The notes beneath the pieces are model-generated. The model was not told the DNA's origin. It saw nothing but the letters and a program-made list of their open reading frames with translations, and searched no databases. The position numbers and the translations under genes were made by a program. A DNA stretch of 64,000 nt from Nemertoderma westbladi (taxonomy: Eukaryota; Animalia; Xenacoelomorpha). The stretch spans positions 1-64,000 of the forward strand of contig JAUCBJ010006708.1 in the NCBI GenBank assembly GCA_032718475.1, read 5' to 3'. Below are positions 1 to 11,557 of the stretch, one piece after another (position 1 is the stretch's first letter; each line of letters starts with the position of its first letter).

Positions 1-560
1 CTGTTGTCGGATTGTTGTTGGGTTTGGAGAGATTACGGCGTGTGTAGAGTTTGTCCGATAGAGTGCCAGTTAGTAAGTTGGGGCAGCCATAGCTGTAAGG
101 TCAATCCCCTCTTAAAGAATAAGTCGTACTACCGTGTTAGAACGCATACTAACTAACCATTTTGGAATCTGCACATACTGTAGTTTATTTAGGCTTGACA
201 GTATTCTGCCAACGTTTTGGCCTGTGTTTGTTTGTGTGGTCTGTTCAGGACCGTAATAGTTATTACTCAGATATTTTGTAGGCTGGATTGTTGTCTAGCT
301 ATTATTAGGTCTGAAGAGATTGCTGCATGTGTGGAGTTTGTCTGATAAAGTGCCAGTTAGTAAGTTGGGGCAGCCATAGCTGTAAGGTCAATCCCCTCTT
401 AAAGAATAAGTCGTACTACCGTGTTAGAACGCATACTAACTAACGATTTCGGAATCTGCACATACTGTAGTTTATTTAGGCTTGGTGGTAGTCTGCCAGC
501 GTTTGGTTTGTATTTTGTTTGAGTATTCTGTACGGGTAGCGTAATATTTATTATTCAGAG
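1..560 (+). repeat. ~287-bp direct duplication in the retrotransposon 5' leader
   Basis: The block TGCCAGTTAGTAAGTTGGGGCAGCCATAGC...TTTAGGCTTG starts at 64 and again at 351. The same duplication is at ~17500/17790 in copy B. Confidence 0.85.
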
Positions 561-1849
561 TTTATGCGATTATTCGCAACATTCATGTCCCCAAGTTTAT
601 TCCTACAGTAATTGTGTTTGTTACACATACCATTATAGTTAAATTAACCCCGGTACTACACGGGCTGCTTGGCGTAGGAAAAGACTGGTGACTTTGTGCT
701 TCGGTCACTCCAGCAGATGCCGTGGTTCTTTTAACTGTTCAAGTATATTTAACTACTGATTATTTGTTGTACCAGTACTTGTACCTAATTTAGGGTTTAG
801 TGTACAGTGCTTTCCGAAGTAATTAGTGTGTAGGCAGTATATTTGTGTTGTAAAGTGGTTAATAGGCACGTTGGATCTGGTAGTCCGCGGTAATTAACTT
901 CCAGGTAGGAACACTCCGTGATACATAACGTAGTACCTATAGCGATACGGCTATAGGTCGTCAGGCGGTGGTATTTTCCTATCTGGACAGTGCAATATAT
1001 TTACTACTACTTATTATTTTCAAATACCGTAGTATCCTGTCCGATGTAATAACCAGAAAATCTAACACTCTGTTAGACTGGTTTGTAGTTCCTTGTAAAA
1101 TTACTCTAAAATTTCGTATTTGTGTTTTTTGTAATTTGTTGAGTTTAATTAGAGATTTAATCTCACCGTATCGTAAGTAATTTGTAGTATTAAGTAACTT
1201 AGGTAAATTAGAATAATCTGTTTTAGTGTCCCATAAGTAGCACTCCACTGAGAGCGCACAGCTTCTGTGTAGTGACTTCCCCCAGAAATAATAACATTTA
1301 TTTCAAGTATTGACAAAACCCATTTTAAACGGGTATATAAATAATATAAATCAACTCAAACGATTTATAAATAGTAGGCCTGCCATACAACAACTAGGTC
1401 TCAATATCAGTTGGACTACTGCTTAGATAACGGTAATAAAGTAAGTTAAAGTAACCAAGTAACCCTAAAATATTCAGAAATTCAATTATTCTAAAATAAT
1501 TGACATACCGGTATTTACCATAGGCTTATTATATTTATTTCTATAAATTTGGGCTGAAATCATACCGGTACTCTGTAATTAATTCTAGTTAATAATTATA
1601 CTTATATACACTATAAGTGCAAGCTGTATACCGGTATTCACAATAGGCCTATTATATATTTATATATATTTGTGCTGAATTTATATACCGGTACTCTGTG
1701 ACAAAACTAGTTTACAATACTTATATATATTATAAGTGTATTCTAATATACTGCAATAAATTACCGGTACTAGGCCAACGGTCATACTGAATTACTAGAC
1801 TTGCTTTAACTGTAACTATAGCAGTAAGCATTCAACTGTATAGCTAAAC

Positions 1850-4800
1850 ATGTCTGACACCCAGCAAAACCTGTCAGACAGTCTAATCGATACAACCATC
1901 TGTGACACAGATAGGAGTGTGGAGCGATTAAGAAAGGAGTTCAGCTCACCTCCTACTGAAAGAAAGGTCATCCCTCCAGTAGTAGTGTCAGACCCTAAGC
2001 TAATCCAACACCGTAGGTCTATCATCGGCACTCGGGCCCAAGTCAAACGGAACCAGGAAGCAGCTGTCCAGCAGCAGCAACAGCCTAGTCAAGAAACTCG
2101 TTCCCAGCGATCCGATAGCTCCAGTAGTTCGGATACTGTAGAGCTGACCCCCGAACGCGGAGTGCAGATGGCGGCTACAGCCTACTCGGATCCCCTTCTC
2201 ACCCTTCCTGCCGCAGTGCTAACTACTATATTGATTGCGGTGGAGGAACATCAAGCCGATTGGGCGAGAAGTAAGAGAGCGACCCAAGATAGTTATGCGG
2301 GATACGCCAGGGAAGAATTGATGTCTATTGTCGAGTCACAATGGAACTTTCCCGGACCCGGACTCCCGTTAGATTTGTCCGAAGCTACTTGGGAAGATAT
2401 ACACAGGATGGGAGTGACTAAAGATACAATGGATCCAGCTGTTTGGAAGAGGTCGGCAGCAGGATATGTGCAGGGATTCTTCGGCTCCTTGGAGCGATTG
2501 GAAGAACAACTGTTTCGACAACCCCAAGGACCTCAAGAGCAGGAAGAGCTGCTATATCAAGTACGCGAAAGAACCCTACGCATTAGACTAATCCTATCAG
2601 CCTTTGAGGAAACTTCCAAAAGAAGACAGGACACGTCGCTGCAGGTTGCTGTCAAAACTTGGTTCCAGCGGGTAGGTCTCAAAGTACAAGAAACGGACCA
2701 GTGGAAATCCCAGCTGTCTGAGAGACTAACCTATGAAGAACCAACCGATGCCACCCTTTCTCAAGTGGAAGGCGAAGAGACCGCAGAGAGACCACGAACG
2801 AGAGACGCCATCGACATTTATCTGTCCGACTATCAGCGTTTCCTAGGAGACGAAGAGTTGAGGAGACGGCTGTCTGGACTTTCCCCTAATAGTGAAGGAA
2901 CCCAGCGTGTGTTAGACTCAATCGATGCTGAAATGTTAGCTGCAAACCAAGCTAAATTTGATGAAAAACTTCGCCTCGCTAGAGTCCAGGAAGAAGAAGT
3001 AAAGAAAAGACGGATAGAGGAACAAAAGGCGGCGGCCATGACAGAAGCAGAAGTAGAAAGAAAGGCAGCGGCGGCAGAAGCAGAAGCAGAAAGAAAGGCA
3101 GCGGCGGCAGAAGCAGAAGCAGAAAGAAAGGCAGCGGCGGCAGAAGCAGAAAGAAAAGCAGCAAAGGCAGTGGCAGAAGCAGAACGGAGAGCCTCTGAGG
3201 AGACTACCCAACTGGAGTTGGAGAATCTACAAGAGACGCAAGACAACATAAATAAACAGTTAACTGCTAGTCACATGCAGATGATGAGAAGATCTACTCC
3301 CAAACGCCAGGGATATACGTCATCGGAGGAAAGCGAAACCACCGATCCTGAAGGCGGAGGAAATAGATCTCGTCTAAGCAGGCATAGAAAAACATCTTAC
3401 CGTCACAAATTGCCTGATTTGCCCCCAGCTGTGAGAAGACAACTAGCTAGCACAGACTTAAGTAGAATAGAACCTACAGACCAAATTATTAAGGTCAAAA
3501 AACTCCCTACTATAGTTGATGAGCCTGAAATAATTAGGCCTGTCGTTCCCAAAGTCACTCCTGTGCTAGAGACCCCTGTACTTCCAGAGCTTAACTCTAA
3601 GTTCCCTTTACACAGTACTACACTGCCTGTACCCGGTAGAACAGTCCATGAGAATATCCCTGTCCTGGAAGCTGAGAGAGAAATCAAAGATTTGTCTCCC
3701 GTCGTCCCGCATCAGCCCGCTACAATGTTGGCGACTCCCGCTTCGGCGGTCGAGTGGGTAGAGGAGGGACGGCGGGGGATGAATCTCCTGCTCGGACAGA
3801 TGCAGGAGACTGTCCACCAACTTAAGGGAACAGTAAGGGAAGGTAGGGCCGAATTGCAAGAAGTGCAGCAAAGTATCGCGCTAGAACGCGACAAATTAGT
3901 CAATATCCAAAAAGGGATACCAATACCCCCTGTAAAATTGTGTCAACCTGTTAGGTGTGAAGTATTACATGCGCAAGGTGTGGAGCCTACACGCATCTAT
4001 ACTGCTAGTGAAGTAGAAACTCCTATAGCAAACCCTATTAAGGGTGATTATAGACCTGTTGTTAATTATATTCCTTATAGACCTGATAATGATCCGAGAA
4101 ATTTATATACCGATAATTCGATATTAAATAACACGATGGCCCAAGAAAGCTTTGCGCGTCAGATGGCTAGAACAGAAGCCCGCCAAGCGGTCAAAGTGGG
4201 AGAGATCGTCAAATTCAATGGAGATGAGATGAAATGGTTACCTTTCAACGAATATTACAAAGACAGCATACAGAACTCTGTGCTATCTAACGGAGAGAAA
4301 CTTAGGTTCCTCATCAAGTGCTTGGAAGGACCTCCCAAGTTAATGGCGTTAAAGTTTATTGGACATCCAGAAGGATTAAGACAAGTTTGGGATACATTAA
4401 ACATCAGGTATGGTAACAAGGATAACATAGCTAAGTATTTGTATGCAAAATTAGTAGCCCCCCGAAACTTCCTTAGTAGTGGGATTATAGAGTTTTCCGA
4501 TGAGATTCAGGAGATCTGTAGACAATTAGACTGGTTAGGTAAGTCTCATGAATATCAGAGTTCCATGGTTATTGGAGCCGTAGTCTCTACTTTGCCAAAG
4601 GGTGGAGTATGTACACGCTGGGACAAGAAAGTGTTGTACATGAATGAACAACAACGACGAAGCCCTACCATGGCTGATCTCATGTCCTTCTTAGATGGTG
4701 AAGTAAAACTACAACTCATCAAGCAGTCCAGAGAGAAAACATCGGAAAATAAGGTAAGTGAGAAACCCGCTTCTAGGAGAAGAGTAACACCAGTGTGTTA

Positions 4801-7800
4801 CACTGACGACGGCGAAAGCCAAGCTTCTCAAGAAGAGGACAGTGGGAAAGACACTGAGAGATCTTACTATGTTGACAAAACCTCAAAAGACGTAAGTAAA
4901 TACAAAGCTCGAACCAACGATAGGAGAGAACAGGTTGCCAAGACCCCTCCTCAGTCCCCTAACAGAATGCACGTAAGAAAGCCCGAACAAAGAACGAGAG
5001 TGCATCAGGTTACCCAAGGTAAAGTGAGTAACATAAAACCTAACTGTGCGCTGTGCGACGGTACCCACCGTTTGAGTGCGTGTGCTGAATTTCTAAAGAA
5101 ATCCCTTGTAGACAGACGTGCAGTCGTATGGGATAAGCGGTTATGCTATAATTGCCTCAGACCAGGACACCAACGGCGAACCTGTTACTCCGACGTAAAG
5201 TGTGCAAAGTGTAGCGCGAAACATCACATCTTGTTACACAGTGAGTTCGACCGAGACAACCCGAGTCAGGTAAGTGAGCCCGAACTACATGTCCAATTCA
5301 GTGATGTAAACGACACTGATCAAGAATCTGAGATGGAAGGATTCTATACTGACGAATTCTCCGACGCCAACGAATCCTGTTATCTAATCAATACCGCAGT
5401 GTATCGAGCACTTACTTATGAAAAGGACACCAACAATGAGTTTCCCCCAACTACTTTTGCCAGACAACCATCTTGGAAAGCTCCAACTTCCAACGTAGGA
5501 ATCAGAGAATTTCCTGTAGTGCAGGTAAGAGTTCACGGTCCTAACAAAAGTTACATAGTGAACGCACTCCTTGACTCCGGCAGCACAGGAACATTCATCG
5601 ATCAAGAACTAGCCGAAGATATCTTTGCTGGACAACCCAAATTCCGGACTAAATTGAATATGTCAGGAATTATGCAGGTTTGGAAATCTACCCTAACGGC
5701 AGATTACTATGTAGGTGTGTTGTCCACCCCCCAGGATAAATTAGGAGCACAAGGTATAAGGTCGGTAAAAATGGTGGCTATAAAGAACTTCGCTACTACT
5801 CAAGCAGACCTTTATAATTGGGACGAGGATGAGAGCATCCAACATCTTAAGATACCTCGATTCCAGACAGATTATCCTGGAGTGCAAATACTCATCGGCC
5901 AAAACGCGCATGAGGCGCTCGAGACATTGGAGAAACGGCCTGCTCAACCACAGCCACTGCAAACCTATGCGGTAAGAACTAGAGTAGGTTGGTACTTTAC
6001 TGGCCCTTCCCGCAGGACTCTCGAAGAGAGAATGCCACAAGAACGAATATACCAAGTAAACGATTGGGAAGTGGAGAGCAGTGAGGTGGACGAACTAACT
6101 GAGGGAACACCATACTCCTCAGATAATGACGACATCTACCAACTCTTCGATGAAGAGAACACAATCGACCTACTTACAGAAAACCAAACTTGGAAAAATC
6201 AGGTGAACCTATGTCAACTGATTCGCCCATCGGAACCCATCGCTTACAATGACGAACTAAACGATGAGATAGAGCGCTACAACGCTAGAACTCGGGACGA
6301 ACTAGCCGTACGATTCTTTACTCAAGAACTGGTAGAGCCCAATTCATATGATAAGGCCCTATCGATAGAAGAAGAAAGAGCCAAGCAAATCCAGGAAACA
6401 ACTACACGTTTTTTAAAGGACCAAGGTAGATATGAAATCGGCCTACCATTTCGAAAACGAGAACCTAGATTTATAAATAACAGACCCTTGGCAGAGAAAA
6501 GAATCGCTCAATTACATCGACGCCTTACAGCTAATGCTTCAGCTAAAGAAATGTACCAAACTCAGCTGAAGAAATTTATAACAAAGGGATACGCGGAGCG
6601 AGTACCGGAAGGAACACCAGTGACTGAGAGAACGTATTACTTAACACATCATTACGTTCCCAAACCCGGTAAACCCCACGAAGTACGAGTCGTATTCGAT
6701 GGCTCCGCCCTATATATGGGCCAATCCCTCAATTCCGAGTTGTTACCAGGACCCAACTTACTCCAATCTTTGTTGGGAATACTTTTAAGATTAAGACAAT
6801 ATTCCATCGCGTTCGCCTCCGATATAGAAGGAATGTTCTTACAAGTCAAGGCGCTGGATAGAGATAGAGACAGCCTGAGATTTCTGTGGTGGCCTGAAGG
6901 AGACCTCAATCAGAAACCGGTAGAGTACTGGATGACCATCCAGGCTTTTGGAATCATATCAAGCCCTTCCAACGCCTGCTCCGTGGTGCGAACCACTGCG
7001 AATGACAACCGAGACTCCTTCTCAAAAGAAGTGATAGACAACATAAAACGTAATATATACATGGACGACAATTTAAGGTCCCTTCCATCAGTAGAAGAAG
7101 CCATAGATGTCGCGAAAGGAACGGTAGAGTGTTTGAAAAGAGGTGGATTTCGACTGACGAAATTCACTAGCAACTCCCGTGAGTTTCTGGAAGCCATACC
7201 GGTAGAAGACCGAGGAACGAAAGACCTAGACTTAATAAAGGACGATCTTCCTGAAACCAAGACGCTTGGCTTGAAGTGGGACACTGAAAGAGACATCCTG
7301 TTTTTTCAGTTAAAACAGCGAGATAATCCAGTTCGGACCAAACGGATTTGTTTAAGTATCCTGAGCACTTATTTCGACCCATTGGGATTTATAAGCCCAG
7401 TTATATTGATTGCTCGGAGTTTAGTACAACAAATGTGGCTTGAAAACCACTCATGGGACGATCCGCTTAAGGGAGAATTGTTAAAGAAATGGATGAAATG
7501 GGAAGATTCTCTACCCGCCATCGAGAACTTTATAATTTCCCGTGCATATTTTGGCCATGTTCTTCCTACGTATTCCTATCAACTCCATGTGTTTGGAGAC
7601 GCCAGCGACATGGGAATAGGTATAGTAGCATATCTGCGAGTCGAAACCCCGGATGGAATCAAAGTCGCCTTGGTTACCTCTAAGGCATTGATTAACAACA
7701 AGTTAAAGGTTCCTCGAGCGGAGTTAAAGGCGGCTTTATACGCTACAGCCATCGGCCGGAACGTAACGGAACAAATCGACTATCCACTGGAGAAAACGGT

Positions 7801-9931
7801 TTATTGGACCGACGCTTTACTCGTGTTGGAGTATCTAACCAATGAAGTCTGTCAGTTCAGCGTTTTTGTTACTAACAGGGTAGCTATTATTCTTAGTCGC
7901 ACAAAGATAGATCAATGGAGACATTGCCCTGGTACGATTAATCCAGCCGATATCGCCTCCAGGGGAGCAACTCCACAGGAACTGATAGATACTCCAGATT
8001 GGTTGGGTGGACCCGACTTCCTGAGCAAGGAAGAGGATGAATGGCCCCCTCACCTTACTACGGCGGAGATTAGACAAGCCAAGGGAGCGGAGACAGTCAA
8101 ACCTAAAACCCGGGCGAGTAAATCGAAGTTATTTAAACCGACTATCGATCTATCTGTATTACATACTTCCGGGAATGATGCTTCGGATCCACAATCCCTC
8201 AACACAAATAAGTCTGTTGTGGAAATTAGAGATAGAGATTGGAAATCTGGAATACCAGACGTCTCGCAAGGAATCTCACCCATGCTGCAGAGAGCAATGC
8301 ATCACTACAGTTCCTGGAATCGGCTCTGTAAAGCCGTCACATATTTAAGACGATGTTTTCATCATCACTACTCCAGGACGAAGACCACTAGTGATACCGC
8401 TCCATTGACATCTGCACAAGTTCATGTTATTAAAAATTTACCCAAATATAAGACATCTGACCGTTTTCTAAAGGAGAAAATTAGTCACCAGGAGCATGAA
8501 GAAACCAATAAGCAGATACTGAGACTCCTGCAATGCTATGAGGATTCCGAAAAGTATTTCCTGTTGTTGAGAAATCCGCAGATGCGCTTAAGGGATCGAT
8601 TCTCGAGCACAATGATAGATGGGTTAATACGTGTTGGAGGAAGACTCACCAATGCGCCCTTATCCTTTGACACCAAATTCCCCATACTCATTAGAAATCT
8701 TGAAGTACAAATCAAGATGATTGTAGATGTTCACAGTAAACTTTATCATGCTGGTAGAGAACGAGTTCTTAGCGAAATTCGAACTCGCTATTATTTTGAT
8801 AAACCCCGTAGAGCTCTGAACCAAGTTCTTAGGAACTGCATACCCTGTAGGAAAGCATTCAGTAGGCCTTTAACACAGCGAGAGGCAGAATTACCTAGGG
8901 AACGAGTAAGCTTCTATGAACCACCTTTTACTAATACTGGTGTAGATTTATTTGGCCCTATTGAAGTATATCGTGCTAGGACTATAGTCAAGAGATGGTG
9001 TGTCATCTTCGTGTGCATGACTTGTAGAGCCATCCATCTCGATATGGTGAACGATCTATCCACCAACAGCTTTGTCTTAAGTTTACGACGACAGATCGCT
9101 CGCTTCGGGACGAGTAATACCATGAGATCGGATAAGGGAACGAACTTCATTGGTGCCAACAACGAAATACAGGACTGGAACCAAAGACAGGTGGACGACC
9201 AGCTAAGGATAACAGCGTCTAGCTGGACCTTCAACGCCGCCGACGCCCCTTGGTGGGGAGGAAGTTGGGAGAGATTAATTCGAAGTGTCAAAACCGCATT
9301 TCACTTTATAGTGCCATGCCGCACGTATCTCACCGACGAACTTTTGCGGACGTTAATGGAGGAAATAGCTGCCTATTTCAACGAGAGACCACTTATGCCA
9401 GTCTCATCGAGTCCCGATTCCCTGGAAGCGCTAACACCCGCGCACTTCCTACTGAAGAAACCTGTAGCCATGCTCCCACGATCGGAGATTGCCGACGGAG
9501 ACGAATACTGCCGTCGAACTTGGCAACTTATGCAGTTGCTATCCCGTCGTTTCGCTGACCATTTCGAGAAACATTATCTGCCCACGCTACAACTTCGAAC
9601 TAAGTGGTTTGCGCAGCAAGAAAACGTCAGCGCCGGAGATATGGTGCTTATTGTAGATCCAGACCTCCCACGTAAACGGTGGCAGACAGGTCGTATCATC
9701 GAGACTCACATCTCGGATGATGGTTTAGTGCGCTCAGTAGAACTTGTCGTCATGCGGCGTAACTTCAAGAAGCCAGGCATAATCTTTGAGACGCAACAAC
9801 TCAATCGCCCAGTTGGTCGTTTATGTTTACTGGAAAGAGACAGAGAACTCTCTGGAAACTATGGAAGGCAAGACACTCTTCCCACGACCACCTCCCTAAT
9901 TCCTCAAACATCTAGGGACTCCCCAACGTGA
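1850..9931 (+). CDS. Gag-Pol polyprotein, BEL/Pao (Belpaoviridae), 2693 aa, uninterrupted
   Basis: DUF1759-like Gag (KFNGDEMKWLPF...EKLRFLIKCLEG). Triple zinc knuckle CALCDGTH..C / CYNCLRPGH..C / CAKCSAKHH..H. Protease LLDSGS, RT YMDD. Pao RNase H FGDAS..PRAEL..WTDA..NPADIASRG. Integrase H..H..CIPC, GVDLFGP, RSDKGTNF, WERLIRSVK. C-terminal YLPTLQLRTKW..DGLVRSV. Confidence 0.97.
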   Translation: MSDTQQNLSDSLIDTTICDTDRSVERLRKEFSSPPTERKVIPPVVVSDPKLIQHRRSIIGTRAQVKRNQEAAVQQQQQPSQETRSQRSDSSSSSDTVELTPERGVQMAATAYSDPLLTLPAAVLTTILIAVEEHQADWARSKRATQDSYAGYAREELMSIVESQWNFPGPGLPLDLSEATWEDIHRMGVTKDTMDPAVWKRSAAGYVQGFFGSLERLEEQLFRQPQGPQEQEELLYQVRERTLRIRLILSAFEETSKRRQDTSLQVAVKTWFQRVGLKVQETDQWKSQLSERLTYEEPTDATLSQVEGEETAERPRTRDAIDIYLSDYQRFLGDEELRRRLSGLSPNSEGTQRVLDSIDAEMLAANQAKFDEKLRLARVQEEEVKKRRIEEQKAAAMTEAEVERKAAAAEAEAERKAAAAEAEAERKAAAAEAERKAAKAVAEAERRASEETTQLELENLQETQDNINKQLTASHMQMMRRSTPKRQGYTSSEESETTDPEGGGNRSRLSRHRKTSYRHKLPDLPPAVRRQLASTDLSRIEPTDQIIKVKKLPTIVDEPEIIRPVVPKVTPVLETPVLPELNSKFPLHSTTLPVPGRTVHENIPVLEAEREIKDLSPVVPHQPATMLATPASAVEWVEEGRRGMNLLLGQMQETVHQLKGTVREGRAELQEVQQSIALERDKLVNIQKGIPIPPVKLCQPVRCEVLHAQGVEPTRIYTASEVETPIANPIKGDYRPVVNYIPYRPDNDPRNLYTDNSILNNTMAQESFARQMARTEARQAVKVGEIVKFNGDEMKWLPFNEYYKDSIQNSVLSNGEKLRFLIKCLEGPPKLMALKFIGHPEGLRQVWDTLNIRYGNKDNIAKYLYAKLVAPRNFLSSGIIEFSDEIQEICRQLDWLGKSHEYQSSMVIGAVVSTLPKGGVCTRWDKKVLYMNEQQRRSPTMADLMSFLDGEVKLQLIKQSREKTSENKVSEKPASRRRVTPVCYTDDGESQASQEEDSGKDTERSYYVDKTSKDVSKYKARTNDRREQVAKTPPQSPNRMHVRKPEQRTRVHQVTQGKVSNIKPNCALCDGTHRLSACAEFLKKSLVDRRAVVWDKRLCYNCLRPGHQRRTCYSDVKCAKCSAKHHILLHSEFDRDNPSQVSEPELHVQFSDVNDTDQESEMEGFYTDEFSDANESCYLINTAVYRALTYEKDTNNEFPPTTFARQPSWKAPTSNVGIREFPVVQVRVHGPNKSYIVNALLDSGSTGTFIDQELAEDIFAGQPKFRTKLNMSGIMQVWKSTLTADYYVGVLSTPQDKLGAQGIRSVKMVAIKNFATTQADLYNWDEDESIQHLKIPRFQTDYPGVQILIGQNAHEALETLEKRPAQPQPLQTYAVRTRVGWYFTGPSRRTLEERMPQERIYQVNDWEVESSEVDELTEGTPYSSDNDDIYQLFDEENTIDLLTENQTWKNQVNLCQLIRPSEPIAYNDELNDEIERYNARTRDELAVRFFTQELVEPNSYDKALSIEEERAKQIQETTTRFLKDQGRYEIGLPFRKREPRFINNRPLAEKRIAQLHRRLTANASAKEMYQTQLKKFITKGYAERVPEGTPVTERTYYLTHHYVPKPGKPHEVRVVFDGSALYMGQSLNSELLPGPNLLQSLLGILLRLRQYSIAFASDIEGMFLQVKALDRDRDSLRFLWWPEGDLNQKPVEYWMTIQAFGIISSPSNACSVVRTTANDNRDSFSKEVIDNIKRNIYMDDNLRSLPSVEEAIDVAKGTVECLKRGGFRLTKFTSNSREFLEAIPVEDRGTKDLDLIKDDLPETKTLGLKWDTERDILFFQLKQRDNPVRTKRICLSILSTYFDPLGFISPVILIARSLVQQMWLENHSWDDPLKGELLKKWMKWEDSLPAIENFIISRAYFGHVLPTYSYQLHVFGDASDMGIGIVAYLRVETPDGIKVALVTSKALINNKLKVPRAELKAALYATAIGRNVTEQIDYPLEKTVYWTDALLVLEYLTNEVCQFSVFVTNRVAIILSRTKIDQWRHCPGTINPADIASRGATPQELIDTPDWLGGPDFLSKEEDEWPPHLTTAEIRQAKGAETVKPKTRASKSKLFKPTIDLSVLHTSGNDASDPQSLNTNKSVVEIRDRDWKSGIPDVSQGISPMLQRAMHHYSSWNRLCKAVTYLRRCFHHHYSRTKTTSDTAPLTSAQVHVIKNLPKYKTSDRFLKEKISHQEHEETNKQILRLLQCYEDSEKYFLLLRNPQMRLRDRFSSTMIDGLIRVGGRLTNAPLSFDTKFPILIRNLEVQIKMIVDVHSKLYHAGRERVLSEIRTRYYFDKPRRALNQVLRNCIPCRKAFSRPLTQREAELPRERVSFYEPPFTNTGVDLFGPIEVYRARTIVKRWCVIFVCMTCRAIHLDMVNDLSTNSFVLSLRRQIARFGTSNTMRSDKGTNFIGANNEIQDWNQRQVDDQLRITASSWTFNAADAPWWGGSWERLIRSVKTAFHFIVPCRTYLTDELLRTLMEEIAAYFNERPLMPVSSSPDSLEALTPAHFLLKKPVAMLPRSEIADGDEYCRRTWQLMQLLSRRFADHFEKHYLPTLQLRTKWFAQQENVSAGDMVLIVDPDLPRKRWQTGRIIETHISDDGLVRSVELVVMRRNFKKPGIIFETQQLNRPVGRLCLLERDRELSGNYGRQDTLPTTTSLIPQTSRDSPT

Positions 9932-10480
9932 TACGTCTGGAGTGGGTGTATGACTATATTATTTTATCTATTTTGTTATATTTTTATATGCGAACTTTAT
10001 TATGTACTTTATTATAATCGTTTTTATTCAATTTTATTTAGTAGAATGTTATTTTAGTGATTATTTAGTAGATTAGTGCAATATATTAGTGTTTATTACG
10101 TACGTAATTACTTATAATATATATTTAGTGCGACGGCGAGAAAATAATTATTTTTCTCTTTCCTTACTGTCCGTATCATATTATAAATACGTGACTACAG
10201 TAAGATGAAATGTCCGTACTTCTTAAAGTACAATAAAGCCACTACTATATTCAAGTATTATTAGTAGGCAGAGTATTAGGAATGCAAAGTTCAGATCCTC
10301 GTGTCTCGGCTAAACCAAGCTCTGGGTAGACCTTGGAAACGACTTGCCTCTTCACACTGACATTGCTTCGTGCGATATTGCTCTTCTACCTTATATTAAA
10401 TAATACATATAGTAGCGTGATGTCCATATAACAGTAGCGTAAAACGCAAATAAATCTGTTAAACCTTTTGACCATCTGTA

Positions 10481-10752
10481 ATTCTAGTCGATTAAGATAT
10501 CGCGGCACCCACCGATATACTTGAAAGACAAATTCTAGAATCAGTGGTTAACGTCCCCAGACAAGCTCTGGAATAAATCGGTGCCCATCTTAAATATTAA
10601 TTTAATATTTAGTAAAATCTGTAAAATTCAGATCCTTTAAATTTCTAGTCAATTAAGATATCGCAGCACTTACCGATACTCTTAAAGGACAATTGTCATA
10701 GAATTAAGGATCCTATGCCCCCAGACCTGCTCTGGAATCAAATTGTGTCAAT
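10481..10752 (+). ncRNA. Duplicated putative structured RNA motif in the pol-ORF2 intergenic region
   Basis: Two ~110-nt imperfect repeats about 160 bp apart. Each has a TAAGATATCG/CGATA..CTT stem and a CCAGA-N5-TCTGG hairpin. Also present in copy B (~28015-28285). Confidence 0.45.
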
Positions 10753-11365
10753 TTTAACATCAAATAATAAAATTCACGGGAATAAATTTAAATTCATATT
10801 TTAAATGAATTTCATAAATTGTCATTTTGTGCAATTTATAACATTCCCAAAATTCCATTAATTAATAGATCATGGGAGCGGAGATTCATCCTATTGAGTG
10901 TATTAGAGTGCGAGAATCTCCAACATATAGTCAATAGCCGATAAAATTAATAAAATCATACATAAAGAGGATATTGACAATTAAAGAATTATTATTAAAT
11001 AGCATTCCAGATCTGGATGCATGAGAATTACCCTAATTCTACCGCTAGCATTCCATAATGTCACCATAGCAACACCCACGCTAGAATTAGAAGCAAGTTA
11101 AAAGAACAATAGAAAGCTTGTCCCATTGCATAGCATAGAGAATATATAGCACACTGTTAGTATCCAAGGATACACAGTAATAACGTGACATTCTGGAAGG
11201 CACTGACTAACGGACAAATGGCCTGTATGTGTGCAGTTGGTGACAGTTGTGTGGAATTTGTGCGTTTATAGGTGAATGTTACTGCTAAAGTATGTTTACA
11301 GTAGCTAGTCGCAATTGTAAAAGTAGCCCAACTCTCCTATAGAAAGAACCTAAGTGGATCCAAGC

Positions 11366-11516
11366 CTTTGGGACGGACAGTGGAGTGACTTGTGCCGGTT
11401 ATCGTTGTCGTGCTGTTGCTACATGTTGGCGTAAACACCGCGACGACGGTACATCGGCGCTGAGAATCCCACTGTCCGGGGGCAAAGAGAAGTAGGCAGC
11501 GACGCCCGCTCGCCTA
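11366..11516 (+). ncRNA. Long imperfect stem-loop plus short hairpin just upstream of ORF2
   Basis: Nested pairings 11374-11383/11469-11478, 11392-11399/11453-11460 and 11401-11417/11434-11450, with several G-U pairs. Hairpin TAGGC..GCCTA at 11493-11516. Conserved in copy B (~28900-29050). Confidence 0.6.
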
Positions 11517-11557
11517 AATATAAACTTATTTGATATTAATAAACTCAGATAGCAGAT

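Noticed and set aside
2833-9558. Short antisense or alternate-frame ORFs within gag-pol (and equivalents in copy B)
   Set aside because: Shadows of the main reading frame with no motifs.
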